From: Octopus vulgaris
Lineage: Eukaryota
Reading direction: 5' to 3'
Assembly: GCA_951406725.2 (NCBI GenBank)
Contig: OX597817.1
Coordinates: 144,522,001 to 144,586,000, forward strand
Length of the DNA stretch: 64,000 nt
Shown here: one piece after another, positions 49,280-61,544 of the stretch
Position numbering within the stretch: position 1 is the stretch's first letter
Layout of the letters: each line of letters begins with the position of its first letter
The notes under the pieces: generated by a model
The model's input: only the letters and a program-made list of their open reading frames with translations
Told to the model about the DNA's origin: nothing
Databases searched by the model: none
Translations under genes and position numbers: made by a program

Positions 49280-49785
49280 AGCACCATACGAGTGTGATCA
49301 ATGACAGAGCGGCTAACCAGCTCCTGTGCCAGTGGCACTTAAAAGGCACCATTCAAGTGTGATTGTTACCAGCATCGCCTTACTGGCACTTGAGCCCCGT
49401 GCTTGTAGGGTATTAAGAGCACCATCCAAGTGTGATCATTGCCAGAGTGGCTATCTGGCCTCCGTGCCGGTGGCACATAAAAGACACCATTCGAGCATCA
49501 GCGTTACCAGCATCGCCTTACTGGCACCTGTGCCGGTGGCATGTGTAAAAGATTCGAGCAAGGTCGTTGCCAGTACCGCCTGACTGACCCCGTGCCGGCG
49601 GCACATAAAAGCACCCACTACACTCTTGGAGTGGTTGGCGTTACAAAGGGCATCCAGCTGTAGAAACGCTACCAGATCAAGATTGAAGCCTGGTGCAGCC
49701 ATCTGGTTCACCAGCCCTCAGTCATTCGTCCAACCCATGCTAGCATGGAAAGCAGATGTTAAACGATGACGATGATGGTGATGAT
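49280..49785 (+). mobile_element. (GAT)n-tailed repeat family (probably RTE-mobilised SINE or LINE 3' end) with internal tandem subrepeats
   Basis: Conserved 3' end GGAAGGGCATCCAGC...CAACCCATGCYAGCATGGAAAGC...GTTAAACGATGATG. Other copies at about 430-620(-), 2868-3335(+), 4310-4800(+), 9675-9880(-), 9901-10460(-), 11690-12070(-), 16790-17005(+), 19460-19710(+), 28932-29050(-) and 43680-44197(+). Confidence 0.8.
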
Positions 49786-50411
49786 GTTTCCAGATTCAGT
49801 AGACGAGCCTTGTTTAAGTTACTACATAGTGGGACTGAACCGGGAACGATATGGTTGGAAAATCAGCTTCTTAACTATGCAGCCACGTCTGTACCTAAAT
49901 AATTATAGGAAATGAAAATGTAGCTGATATGGAGAATATTAATATTTGTTAGTGAAATATTCCATGTTTATAAAGAATGGTATTCTAACTTCTCTAAGGA
50001 TAGCCACTGAAATAATTGAATGCTGATTGCAATATTGGAAAATACTAGAATGAAGTCTTGCTTCTGTCAAAATACCTTTCATAAAGATAAATACAGTCTC
50101 TCTTCTGTGTCGTTGTATAGCCATAGTGATTCTCATGCAATTAACCAAAGTCATATAGTCGATGATAAAATATGAGATTTCAATGTATATTATTAATAGA
50201 AAAGTGTTGTGGCAAGACACTAGTATATGTCAACAAATAATTTGCTTGCAGATTTCCTATGAACAAAATCCTTGAGAGATTCAGTGTTGCTTGGATTGAA
50301 GAGACACAATAAAGTTGAAACATCATGGTATTTCAAGGTTTCTATGAACAAGATCCTTGATAGATTCAGTGTCTCTGGAGTGTTGCTTGGGCTGAAGAGA
50401 CACACAATAAG

Positions 50412-50717
50412 TTTTGTTTTTTGTTTGTTCCTTCTTGAGCCATGCCTGGCTCATAAGGGCCGGTTTCTGTGGTGTATAGGTTCCCCACCTGGACGGGACG
50501 CTGGTCCGTTGCAGGTTAGCTGCAAGATGCTGGAGGAAAGAATGAGAGAAAGTTGTGGCGAAGGAGTCAGCAGAAGTTCACCAATACCTTCTGCTGGAGC
50601 TGCGTGGAGCTTAGGTGTTTCACTCATAAACACACGCATCGACCTGTCTGAGATTTGAACCCGCGATCCCCTGACCACGAGTCCGCTGCTCTAACCATTA
50701 GGCCATGTGCCTCCACT
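50412..50717 (-). mobile_element. SINE family C inserted into the loop II region of a hammerhead motif
   Basis: Family match with TSD GACACACAATAAG (50399-50411 / 50718-50730). Confidence 0.9.
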
Positions 50718-51038
50718 GACACACAATAAGGTTGAAACATCATGGTATTTTCAGGTTTCCTTACAGTAAATTGCATGTTTTATGAACACACATTGTCTAA
50801 AGAGATGAGATGATCATCCTTTGGGGAAAAGCAACAGTAAACAACATATTTGCCATTCAAATCTGTTAGAATTTATTAAGAATGAACAGATGTGTGATTG
50901 TTTGAATTCTCACTGTTCTCTATGAATCCCATGAGTTACCATATTTGGCAGACATCAGGACACATCAGCAAATAATTCGTTGGCTGGTTTCTATAAACAA
51001 GGTCCTGTACTCTTGTTAGATTCATTGGTCCAGAGTAG

Positions 51039-51089
51039 TTTTGACTGACGAGACACACAATGAGGTTGAAACCTCATGTTGTCTTAAAG
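51039..51089 (+). ncRNA. Type I hammerhead ribozyme with intact core
   Basis: TTTTGA-CTGACGA-GAC(acacaatgag)GTT-GAAA-C(ctcatgtt)G-TC-TTAAAG. Canonical CUGANGA, GAAA and GUC; the stems contain G-U wobbles. Confidence 0.65.
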
Positions 51090-52027
51090 TCCTCTTACTA
51101 TAGTGTATCGAGTGTGTTAGGAAGACGCATTGTCTAAAGTGATGGCAAAATAGTAAAATCTAATATTTATGTTGATATATAAATAATAGCTGGACGAAAT
51201 TGTTTTAGCTTCTTTTTGTGTTTGGAGCATCTTTCATATTCTTCAGAGCATCTTTCATATTCTTCAGTTACTAAATTTTAAATAGATTCTTACATTCTGA
51301 CAATGCCTTTCATAATCTTTGAATTACTCATGGTAAGAACTAGGGTCATGCTGTTATCAAATATTTTAATTGGGTCAGTTACAGGTTAATGAAGCTAATT
51401 AAGGAAGCAACAAAATATTGTCCATTCACTGTTTGATTCAAAGCTATCTTTCTACAATGAAGATTTATTTGTTGAAGAAATTTCCTACACAACAAGATAG
51501 AATTACAATTGAGTCTGAACTTTGATGGTCTATAATTCATTGAAATGTGAAAAACAAGTTGAAAACATACCATTCCTGTGACATCTGTTGTTTGTAAACA
51601 TTAATTACTGACTACTGTCATTTTAATTCTTCATGAAAAATGGAATCTTCCAGAACCACTTTATTCCTATTAAATCAAAAGTTCAAGTTTTGGTTTTTCA
51701 TTTCTTCAAATTCTTTTTTATTACTAGAAATCGGGGAAAAAGAATCTTAATGAATAATTGAAATGACTTTATTTGTATATGCAATTAACCAGTCAATCGT
51801 ACATCGATCTTATTTCAAACAATGTGATATTTTGGAAAAGTTATGCAATTAACCAATCTATGCAATTATCCAGTAAACAATTAAGCATGTTCAACTTTTC
51901 TGTATATTTGTGTTACAATTTAATGTTCTTGTCTTCCGATTTTTTGTTGTGCTATAAAACTATAACTTTCTATAATGTTATATAAAACTACAACACTTTA
52001 TAGTGCTATATATATATATATATATAT

Positions 52028-52370
52028 AGGCGCAGGAGTGGCTGTGCAGTAATTAGCTTGGGTGAGTGTCTTCTACTTTAGCCTCGGGCCAACCAAAGCC
52101 TTGTGAGTAGATTTGGTAGACAGAAACTGAAAGAAGCCTATTATATATACACATACATATGTATGTATTTGTATCTGTGTTTGTCCCCCAACCATCGTTT
52201 GACAACTGATGTCGGTGTGTTTACATCCCCGTATCTTAGCAGTTCAGCAAAAGAGACTGACGGAATAAGTACTAGGCTTACAAAGAATAAGTCTTGGGGT
52301 TGATTTGTTTGACTAAAGTTGATACTCCAGCATGGCTACAATCAAATTACTGAAACAAAAGAATAAAAGA
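52028..52370 (+). mobile_element. SINE family A copy (internal deletion in head)
   Basis: Family match. Confidence 0.85.
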
Positions 52371-52384
52371 AAAAACATTCATCT

Positions 52385-52425
<41 letters not shown>

Positions 52426-52815
52426 CATATATTAAATTTGAAGGTGGTAAGCTGGCAGAATCATTAGCATGCCAGGCAAAATGCATAACAGCATTTTGTC
52501 TGTCTTTGCATTCAGAGTTCAAATTCCAGTGAGGTCAGCATTGTCTTTCATCCTTTCAGGGATTGATAAAATAAGTAGCATTTGAATACTGGAGGTCAAT
52601 GCAACTGACCAGCTCTCTCCCCCGAAATTGCTGGCCTTGGGTCAAAATTTGAAACCATTACATGCTAAGTTTAGATGTAGTTATATGATTTACAGTGTTA
52701 TATAACACTATGACACTTTATAGTGCTATGTATATAGTATAATATATTAAGTTTGCATGTTATTCTATAATTTATAATGTTGTATAACACTATGATAGTG
52801 TAACATTTTGTATTA

Positions 52816-53357
52816 TCTTTCTTAATTTAAATCTGAGTGGTGCTTTTCTGTCTATTATGTTTTTATGTTCGTTAACTCCTCCTAAACCGTTGGTGCAAGG
52901 ACAATGAAACTCAAACCAGCAACTCCCCTAATCCCAGGGAATGTCCTAGGGGGTGGGGTCTGTTTTTTAAGGGTTGCCTAGTTGGGGCCCTGTTGACCTC
53001 CCCACCCCACCTATTTTTATTGTATTTTAAACTAAATACATGGCATTGGTGACCAAATTAGAGCATTGACAATGAATTTCATACCATGAACTCCCAGAGT
53101 GCATCATAAGGAAGTTCAATTTCTGAAGGGTCACTTAAATGGGGCCCCACTGACCCCCCCGCCTATTTTTGCTGAATTTACTTCACTCCTACGCTTATTA
53201 ATTAAACTATGATCAGCATCAATGCTTGGCACATTTTCAGAAATAAGTTTCATTACTCTAGGGCCGTGAAGTTGCCTGATAGTGGGGCTGAAGGCCTCAA
53301 AGGTGCCCTCTGCAAGAGCTAGCCTGAATGCTGCCTGAAGGGCGACTTCAAGGCTAG
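52816..53357 (+). mobile_element. Non-autonomous Helitron
   Basis: A|TCTTTCTTAATTTAAA 5' end, AAACCGTTGG...ATGAAACT motif, 3' hairpin GCTGCCTGAAGGGCGAC, then CTAG|T. Confidence 0.7.
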
Positions 53358-53670
53358 TATATTCTTTTCTACTCTAGGCACAAGGCCTGAAATTTTGAGG
53401 CTGGGAGCCAGTCAGTTAGATCAACCCTCAGTATGCATCTGGTACTTAATTTATTGACCCCGGGAGGATGAAAGGCAAAGTCGACCATGGTGGAATTCAA
53501 GGCTAGTATATTAAATTTGTAAGTATACAGTATTTTATACCAGAATTCAGAGTGTATATAAAAGAAAGGATTGGTGATCAAAATAGTCTTGTACTTACTT
53601 ATTCACATATTTTCTGCCTGAAATTTTTGGTGCTGCTATATTTTAGTATAAATTGATTAATTAAATGAAC

Positions 53671-54071
53671 TTACTCTTTTACTCTTTTACTTGTTTCAGT
53701 CATTTGACTGTGGCCATGCTGGAGCACCACCTTTAGTTGAGCAAATCGACCCCAGAACTTATTCTTTGTAAGCCTAGTACTTATTCTATCGGTCTCTTTT
53801 GCCGAACTGCGAAGTGACGGGGATGTAAACACACCAGCATCGGTTGTCAAGCGATATTGGGGGGGACGAACACATATATATATATATATATATACATACA
53901 TATATACGACGGGCTTCTTTCAGCTTCCGTCTGCCAAATCCACTCATGAGGCTCTGGTCGGCCCGAGGCTATAGTAGAAGACAGTTGTCGAAGGTGCCAT
54001 GCAGTGGGACACAACCCGGAACCATGTGGCTGGTAAGCAAGCTACTTACCACATAGCCACTCCTATGCCTA
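53671..54071 (-). mobile_element. SINE family A copy
   Basis: Full-length reverse match. Confidence 0.9.
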
Positions 54072-56506
54072 TAATAGATTTAATAAATTTCTACAATTCT
54101 TAATAAATTAATAAACTTAATAAATTTCTAAAATTTCTTTCCAAACATGGATGTTTTGAGTATTAACTTCTGATTAAGTTCTCCCATCTTTTTCTATTAA
54201 GCTGTCTTCTCTATCTTGATTTTCATCAAATAACATCACTTGGTAGAAATTACAATGGATAAACAATGACTTAAGTAAAGTAAACACATATTGCTATGTA
54301 CTATGCATTACTATATGCTATGACTGTTGGTGTAAGTTACTGTGTTACCAGACAGCAGATGTATTATAGAGTACCCAGAGAGCTTCTGTTTTCATTGGAA
54401 GAAGTTAGTTGTTGCAAAGTCCAAGTGATTGACAAATCTAATTTTCTAGTGTCTTGAAATTTAGGTGTGGAAACCAATTTGTTAATTAAAGCAAAGACAA
54501 TTTTCTACATCGTAAATTTATTCTTTTGAAGTGTTTTCCATTACTTTTACTTAGAAAGTCTCCATATCAAATCTATTGATTTAAGTGCTTCGAGAGGTGA
54601 CCAGACATTTTTGCTGATGATGATGACGCAGTAGCCTTTTGCCTCTGTAAAATCAGCTCGTTTATACCCAAGTGGGTACAGCATACATACACACATATGT
54701 ATATATATATGTGAGGGGAAAGAGATAAATAGACATTAGTTAAATGGAAGGTGCTATATCAATTGATTACTTACAGTGTAATCATTGTCACATAGCTGTT
54801 CCTGAGGGAGAGGCAATGACGTCAAAGATCTGATAAGTCAGGAATTAATATTTCAATAATCTACCGTCATTGTCGGCAGCGTTATCGTAACCGTTGGGAA
54901 CCGGCGCAGTTACTGATGCTGCGGCTGCTGCTGCCGCCAACGCTGTTCTCCTCCTCCTCATCCGCATCATCATCATCATTATTATTATTCTGCAGAAATA
55001 TCACAACTCTCATAGCCATTATCACTCCACAGTTGTAATCGTTATCAGAACCATCTTCTTCATCATCGACATCATCCTATAGAAATATCACAGTTGTAAT
55101 AACCATCACAACCTTAATCATTGTTTTATCACCATTACTGTAAGCATAGATCTATAAAAAAGACTAGATGGGCATGGTTGGCAACATCTTTGTTCCATAG
55201 GTCTGTTCAATAAGGCCTGACCTGGGGCTATACCACAACCACCACCATCATCATCATGGTTAGCTGTCAGAGCCATTAGTAACGGCAGATGAAATACGAC
55301 TACGCATTTTGCCCGGCGTGCTAACGTTTTTGCCAGCTCCCTGCTTATTTCCAATTTTCTGCAAAGACATGTCTGGCCTTGAGAAAATATTACCTTGAAA
55401 AGAAGTAAAGGTTGGCAACAGGAAAAGCATCAATGAATTCTGTCTGACTTGTGCAAGTATGAAAAAAGTGGATACTAAAACATTGACAGTGATGATGATG
55501 TGTACATATATGTGGATATGTCTATACACAAACTTGTAAATTCTAATTCTGAAAATTATTTGGTTTGTAGGACTTGAAGAAGTAACCAATCAAATCAAAT
55601 ATCATATGCATTGGTTATGAAATTTAGCACCAATTAAGTTTTTACTAAAATGCAAAACATTTAGAAATAATAATTGAGATTCAACTAGAATATTAGTGAT
55701 TCCAAACTATTGGTCGTTAATTTGTGTTTTTTTCTGCATTTAAATGTTAAAACAAAATTCTGTCTTTTCTAAATTTTTAATATGCTATTTCAAACTGTCA
55801 TATTATTAATTAGAAATATATAATAAAGATTCTTATTTTTAAATGCTTATTTGCTTCCGAGAAAGTTGCTATGTAGTATTGTATGCCTTTAAGAGGGAGA
55901 CATCTAACAGGAGGCTGGTAAAAGGCTGTTTCATTTTGCGTTGGAGATAAAAGATGAAAAGCATCTTCTATTAGATGCTGGTGTTTTGCAGGTAACATTT
56001 CCAGGAGATCTAATCTTGGCTTTGATGATCTAGGTAAACTTAGGCAAAACATGATGAAATGTTCTGATAGGAAATAAACAAATTATCATTCTTTTATTTG
56101 TTTTACTCATTGGACTGTGGCCATGCTGGGGCACCATCCTGAAGGGGTTTTAGTCGAATAAATCAACCTTAATACTTGTTTTTCAAAGTCTGGTATTTAT
56201 TTTGTTAGTCTCTTTTACCAAAACTACCAAGATACAAGGATGTAAACATACCAACAATGGTTGCCAAGTGGTGGGGAACATACTCAAACACATACACATA
56301 AACATATATATATATATATACACACACAACAGGCTTCCACACATTTTCCATCTACCAAATTCATTGAAGGTATTAGTTAGCCTTGGGCTGTAGTAGAAAA
56401 TACTTGCTCAAAGTGCCATACAGTAGGACTGAACATGAAACCATGTGGTTACAAAGCAAGTGTTTTCACCACATGAGCAACATTTTTCATACGATTCTGA
56501 TATTTT

Positions 56507-56900
56507 AGGGTGGCGAGCTGGCAGAAACGTTAGCACACTGGGCGAAATGCTTAGTATTTCATCTGCCGTTATGTTCTGAGTTCAAATTCTGCCGAGGTTG
56601 ACTTTGCCTTTCATCCTTTTGAGGTTGATTAAATAAGTACCAGTTAAACACTGGGGTCGATATAATCGACTTGATCCATTTGTCTGTACTTGTTTGTCCC
56701 CTCTGTGTTTACTACCCATTGTGAGTAGTAAAGAAATAGGTATTTTGTCTGCCATTACGTTCTGAGTTCAAATTCCGCCAAGGTCAACATTGCCTTTCAT
56801 CCTTTCGGGGTCAATAAATTAGGTACCAGTTGTGTACTGTGTTGCTCTAATCAACTGGCCCCTCTCCAAAAATTTCGGGTCTTGTGCCTAGAGTAGGAAA
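56507..56900 (+). mobile_element. SINE family B dimer with a single TSD
   Basis: TSD GATTCTGATATTTT (56493-56506) / GATTCTGACATTTT (56901-56914). Confidence 0.88.
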
Positions 56901-57129
56901 GATTCTGACATTTTGCAGATAATATTTCTAGATTATCTAGCTTTTCCTTAATTGATTTAAGTAAATGATGATAATGATGATGCATTCTTGAACTTAACAT
57001 TATTCCTCATTATCATTTCTCTTGAACAACAATGTGTCTCAGAAGCATGGTGAAGTTGTATTTCTTGAAGCTATAGCAACAAGTTAAGTTCTTGAGCTAA
57101 AGCCGTTGCTCTTTCATGATATTCCAGAA

Positions 57130-57360
57130 GGCGGCGAGCTGGCTGAAACGTTAGCATGCTGGGTGAAATGCGTAGCCATATTTCGTCTGTCATTACGTTC
57201 TGAGTTCAAATTCCGCCAAGGCCGACTTTGCCTTTCATCCTTTCGGGGTCGATAAATTAAGTACCAGTTACGCACTGGGGTCGATGTGATCGACTTAATC
57301 CATTTGTCTGTCCTTGTTTGTCCCCTCTGTGTTTAGCCCCTTGTGAGTAGTAAAGAAATA
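57130..57360 (+). mobile_element. SINE family B monomer
   Basis: GGCGGCGAGCTGGC...GAGTTCAAATTCC head and core TTGCCTTTCATCCTTTCGGGGTCGATAAATTAAGTACC (resembles the Meta/MESC SINE core from recall). TSD GATATTCCAGAA / GATATTCTAGAA. Other copies at about 19316-19430, 30614-30755(-), 41981-42196(-), 52441-52660, 53364-53495(-) and 55275-55340(-). Confidence 0.9.
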
Positions 57361-58960
57361 GATATTCTAGAAGCATAGCAACTAAATCACACCCTTAATA
57401 TTTCCAACAAATAAAGAAACTGAAGAAATGGCATTTTAGAGACTCTTAGAAAACGGAAAAAAAGACATATTGGAAACCTTTGATCATTTGGTCTGCTTGA
57501 TCAACGCCAACTTGGGACTCGATAACAACAAAATCAGCAACTATTTCTTTAACAAAAGAACCATCCTACAAAAATGTAAAATTGTTAAAAAAAAAGAATA
57601 GAAAATAAATCTGGAGACTTGACATCTGGCTCCAGCCTGCTGTCTGCAAACTCTCATAATCATTCTCTTCCTCGTCTCTTCATTTCATGAATAATAAATT
57701 AGCTTACAAGAAGCATGAGAGCTGCACTTTGCTTTATTTTCTTCTTCTTCAAGTTTGTTTCTTTTTTTTTCTTTTCATTTTCCTTTATTTATTTTTTTTA
57801 TATATTTTTTTTCTGTTTCATGTTTACTTTTGTTTACTTTATTTCATTAATAAATTGATGGAATGAAAATCTTCAAAGTTTATTTTTGGCTGTGAAAAAA
57901 ATACAATTTTTTCTTTCATGCACAGGATTGATTTATTTACTTATTTACTGCTGAGATGTTAGTCTCTTGGGTTCAATTCCCTGTACACCCTGTATGTAAT
58001 GTATATGTGTGTATGTGTATATGAAAATAATTGTGCTGTTGCCAAATTGATAATTAGGAGATGAAAGCATATTTTGCTTTCATTTATCTATATTGATTGT
58101 TTTGTTATTTTTGTGTGTGTGTTTTTCTTATTGTAACCAATCCTATTGACAGAACCAATTAGATGGTTCTGTAAGTGTAGCATGGACCTTGCTTCTCAAT
58201 TCTTTTTGTCTGGGAGGCTTTTGAGGAAGCCTGGCAGTACTAGAAATGGCAGTTGTCAAAATGAAAGAACAAGCTGATGCTACCCCTTACAGGATGGTGT
58301 CAAAGAAATAATACTGGTTAGGAAACTGGTGCAAAATAATGATCTCTTAACCTTTTTGTTAGAAACCCATCTAAGACTGCCAATGGTTCTGTGATGCAGA
58401 CTTTCTGGTTTAAAGGGGTCTAAATTAAAACTTGCAATAAAGTGTTCTAAGTTCATTTCAGTTCCAAACACCAGTTCCAAGCTAAATAATAACAAGGTAA
58501 TTCTACCAAATTCTTCATTACTTTCAAAATTAATTAAAACAAAACTGGTGTAATTTAACAAAAATATGGAAACAGAAGGGTTCGTTAGGATAGGATCTCT
58601 CCAAGCTTTGAGTGTCAACTTAACCTTTTGATGGGGTCTCCTGTAATATCTCTAAGGGATGAAAAACCTTCAAGAAAATAAAAAGGGTCAGGTTAACCCT
58701 GACTGAGTAAGCTATTTAGGACTAAATCATCTAATTTGTGTAAGACAGAAGGGTGTCACTTGAGGGAGATTTGGCTGCTGTTTCTAATAGGTTGAGTGAC
58801 CATGTAGAAGCTCCCTTGTGGTGGTTGTCTGATGTTTAGTCCCATCCTACACACAACTTTGATTTTCAAAATGAAAAAATGCTGTCTGTCCAACCATGAA
58901 CAAAGTTGATATACACACACACACACACATATATATATACGAGTGTGTGTGTGTGTATAC

Positions 58961-58991
<31 letters not shown>

Positions 58992-59984
58992 TATACGAGC
59001 AGGAGTGGCTGTGTGGTAAGAAGCTTGCTTTCCAACCACATGATTGCAGGTTCAGTCCCACTGCATGGCACCTTAAGTGTCTTCTGCTATAGCCTTGGGC
59101 CAACCAAGACCAAAGCCTTGTGAGTGGATTTCATAGATGGAAACTGAAAGAAGCCTGTTATATATACATATATATATATATATTTTGTGTGTGTGTGTGT
59201 GCTGTTTATCCCCCCCACCATCGCCTGACAACCGATGTTGGTGTGTTTATATGTCCCTGTTAATGGGGGTGGCCGTATCTACCTCAATGCCATAGCAACC
59301 GCCCTCACACCATCTCGCCATCTTGCCTGGTTTTGGGTGTTCTCCTTTCTCAAACCAACCCTCTCAATCTCCTCTGCCACCTGTCCCCTCCACCCTTTCC
59401 TTGGTCTGCTTCACTTTCATGCTTCATTTACCTGAAATACAATCACCCTCCTCAGAACATGCTCTTCATACCACCTCATTCCATTCACCCTTGCCAACCA
59501 TTCCACTGATTCCTCCAAGCCCAGCATCCCCTCCTCTTATCAAACTGCTTCACCCCTACACATTTCTCTTATCATTACTCTCTCAGTCCTACTTAAAATT
59601 GCCAAAAATTACCATCTCTCTCTCTCTCTCTCCCTCAGACATCATGTCTGACTTCCATACAGCATTGCAGCTCTCACACAACTCTTATAGACCCTTCCTT
59701 TCATCTTCATTAAAGAAGATCTGATTGCTATATAAAGTGTTGTGTAGCTCCAAGTCAGTCTTGGTGCTGCAGACCAAACACAGATTGCAGTCAAAGAACT
59801 ACAGAGAAGATCTCATATCGTTCTTCTCTGACAGCCTTTGTTTCCATAAAAGTACTTGTTGATCTTCAATAGGTTCTGTTTTTCTATAAGGGATACTTAT
59901 CCTTTGAGAGTGTCTGCTTCCATGACAGGTACTTGTTGTTATTTAGCAGCCTCTGTCTCTAGGAGGTTTTTTTTTCCATTGTTC

Positions 59985-60221
59985 TTAACCCTTTCGTTAC
60001 TGTATTTATTTTGAGATGCTCTGTGTTCCTTTCAATTAATTTTAAATATAACAAAGAATTAAGTAAAATAACTTAGTTATCATTCAGCTAGTGTTAAGAA
60101 CATAAATTGTGACTAAGGTTCTAAGGTTTGGCAGAAGATTTTAATTCAAAACTTATGAAAACAAAGCATTTGTACTCAGAACCAGGGTCAGTTTCAGCCG
60201 GGTTGGTATCAAAAGGGTTAA
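59985..60221. mobile_element. piggyBac-type MITE (TTAA TSD)
   Basis: TTAA-CCCTTTCGTTAC ... GTATCAAAAGGG-TTAA, same family as 10755-10977. Older relatives at about 58347-58582, 49050-49265 and 4160-4300. Confidence 0.8.
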
Positions 60222-61184
60222 ATAGCTTATGTTTCCATAATGGTCAGGCATTCAACACTAGTCACATCTCTTTTTCTATTAAACCTCATCCATGGTGAGG
60301 CTAACAGCTTCATTAAATCTAGCATTTCATCCAGTTACATCTTCATCAACCTCTGAAATGTATGTCTTTTGTGAAGCTCCTCCAACTCAATAAAGTTTTG
60401 ACCTTATTTTTGAGGTTCAAAAGAGTGGTCAATGGCATATCTGATGTATATATGTCCGACCAAAATTAATGATTTCCCAACATAAAGCACTATCGGTTGA
60501 TAGCATTTTCCTCTTGACATTTCATGCTGCCCTGTTTTCATCTAGACAGGAGTTCAGATTTGTTTTGTTGCTATTGATCCTTTTCTTTAATTGGTGATAT
60601 TTCCAAAATAAGGAGAGACCACCACCACCACCAGAGATAGAAAAATAAATCTTTTTATAGTATATGAGATATTGTTATTCAGTATACAGATATTTCATGT
60701 ATTTTTTTTTTCCTTCTAAACAATATCAATGTACTGATATTCTGTGCCTTTTTGTTGCTTGGCAGTTTTCCAAAACCAATTTTTAGTTGATTCACCAATT
60801 CCTTAAACAATCTCTATAACATTCAGCTGATTTCATCAATAGTACCATTTTTACTTTGTGTTACACATTAGGCACCAACCACAAATTCCCTTTTGATGCT
60901 TTACATCCTGCCACCCCTTCACGAAGCACCCTGCCATCCTGCCATCCCTTCAAATGTATAGTAAAATACTTTGACCTTTGAACTTTTGTGTGTGTGTGTG
61001 TGTATGGTAAGAAGTTTGCTTCCCAACCACATGGTTCTGGGTTCAGTCCCACTGTGTGGCTACTTGGGCAAGTGTTTTCTACTATAGCCTTGGGCCAACC
61101 AAAGCCTTGCGAGTGGATTTGGTAGACAGAAACTGAAAGAAGCCCATTGTGTGTGTATATATACATATATTTATATATGCATAT

Positions 61185-61458
61185 TAGAGGGAAACCACCA
61201 TGTGGACACCCTTATGCTAGAAATAGATCTGCTATGGTCTTACCACTAAATGTTCTCAAGAAAAATTTAGCAAAACAACAAAAAAAAAACAAAAGACGAA
61301 GACAGGTGGTGTAGAAAACAAACAGATGTATTAGTATAACGCTCAGGAATTGAAAAAGTCTTTTATGTTTCGAGCATACGCTCTTCTACAGAAAGGGACA
61401 CAGAATAAAACAAGGAGAGAAAAGAAATGTGTGTAGTGGCTAACAATCTATCATGGCG
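61185..61458 (-). mobile_element. Second copy of the PLE-like pLTR fragment with hammerhead-like motif 61359-61395
   Basis: Minus strand reads CUUU-CUGUAGA-A-GAGC(guau)GCUC-GAAA-CA-UA-AAAG. Again inserted in a SINE microsatellite. Confidence 0.55.
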
Positions 61459-61506
61459 ACATTGTTCTCATTAGTATTTACTTATTATTCTAAACAGATT
61501 AAAAGA

Positions 61507-61544
<38 letters not shown>

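Larger units (their letters stand above)
50205..51170 (+). repeat. Decayed tandem repeat with one hammerhead motif per unit (retrozyme-like), interrupted by a SINE
   Basis: HHR boxes at 50296 (TTGAAGA), 50392 (CTGAAGA, split by the SINE) and 51045 (CTGACGA). Each is followed by GACAC(AC)AATRARGTT-GAAAC-MTCATG. The flanks also repeat: CAAATAATT...TTTCTATRAACAA upstream and CATTGTCTAAAG downstream. Confidence 0.7.

Noticed and set aside
57730-57995. Strong polypyrimidine tract with CACAG acceptor and a GTATGT about 65 nt later, considered as MAGI exon 2
   Set aside because: No MAGI-like translation. At most a cryptic or poison exon, which cannot be supported without transcripts.
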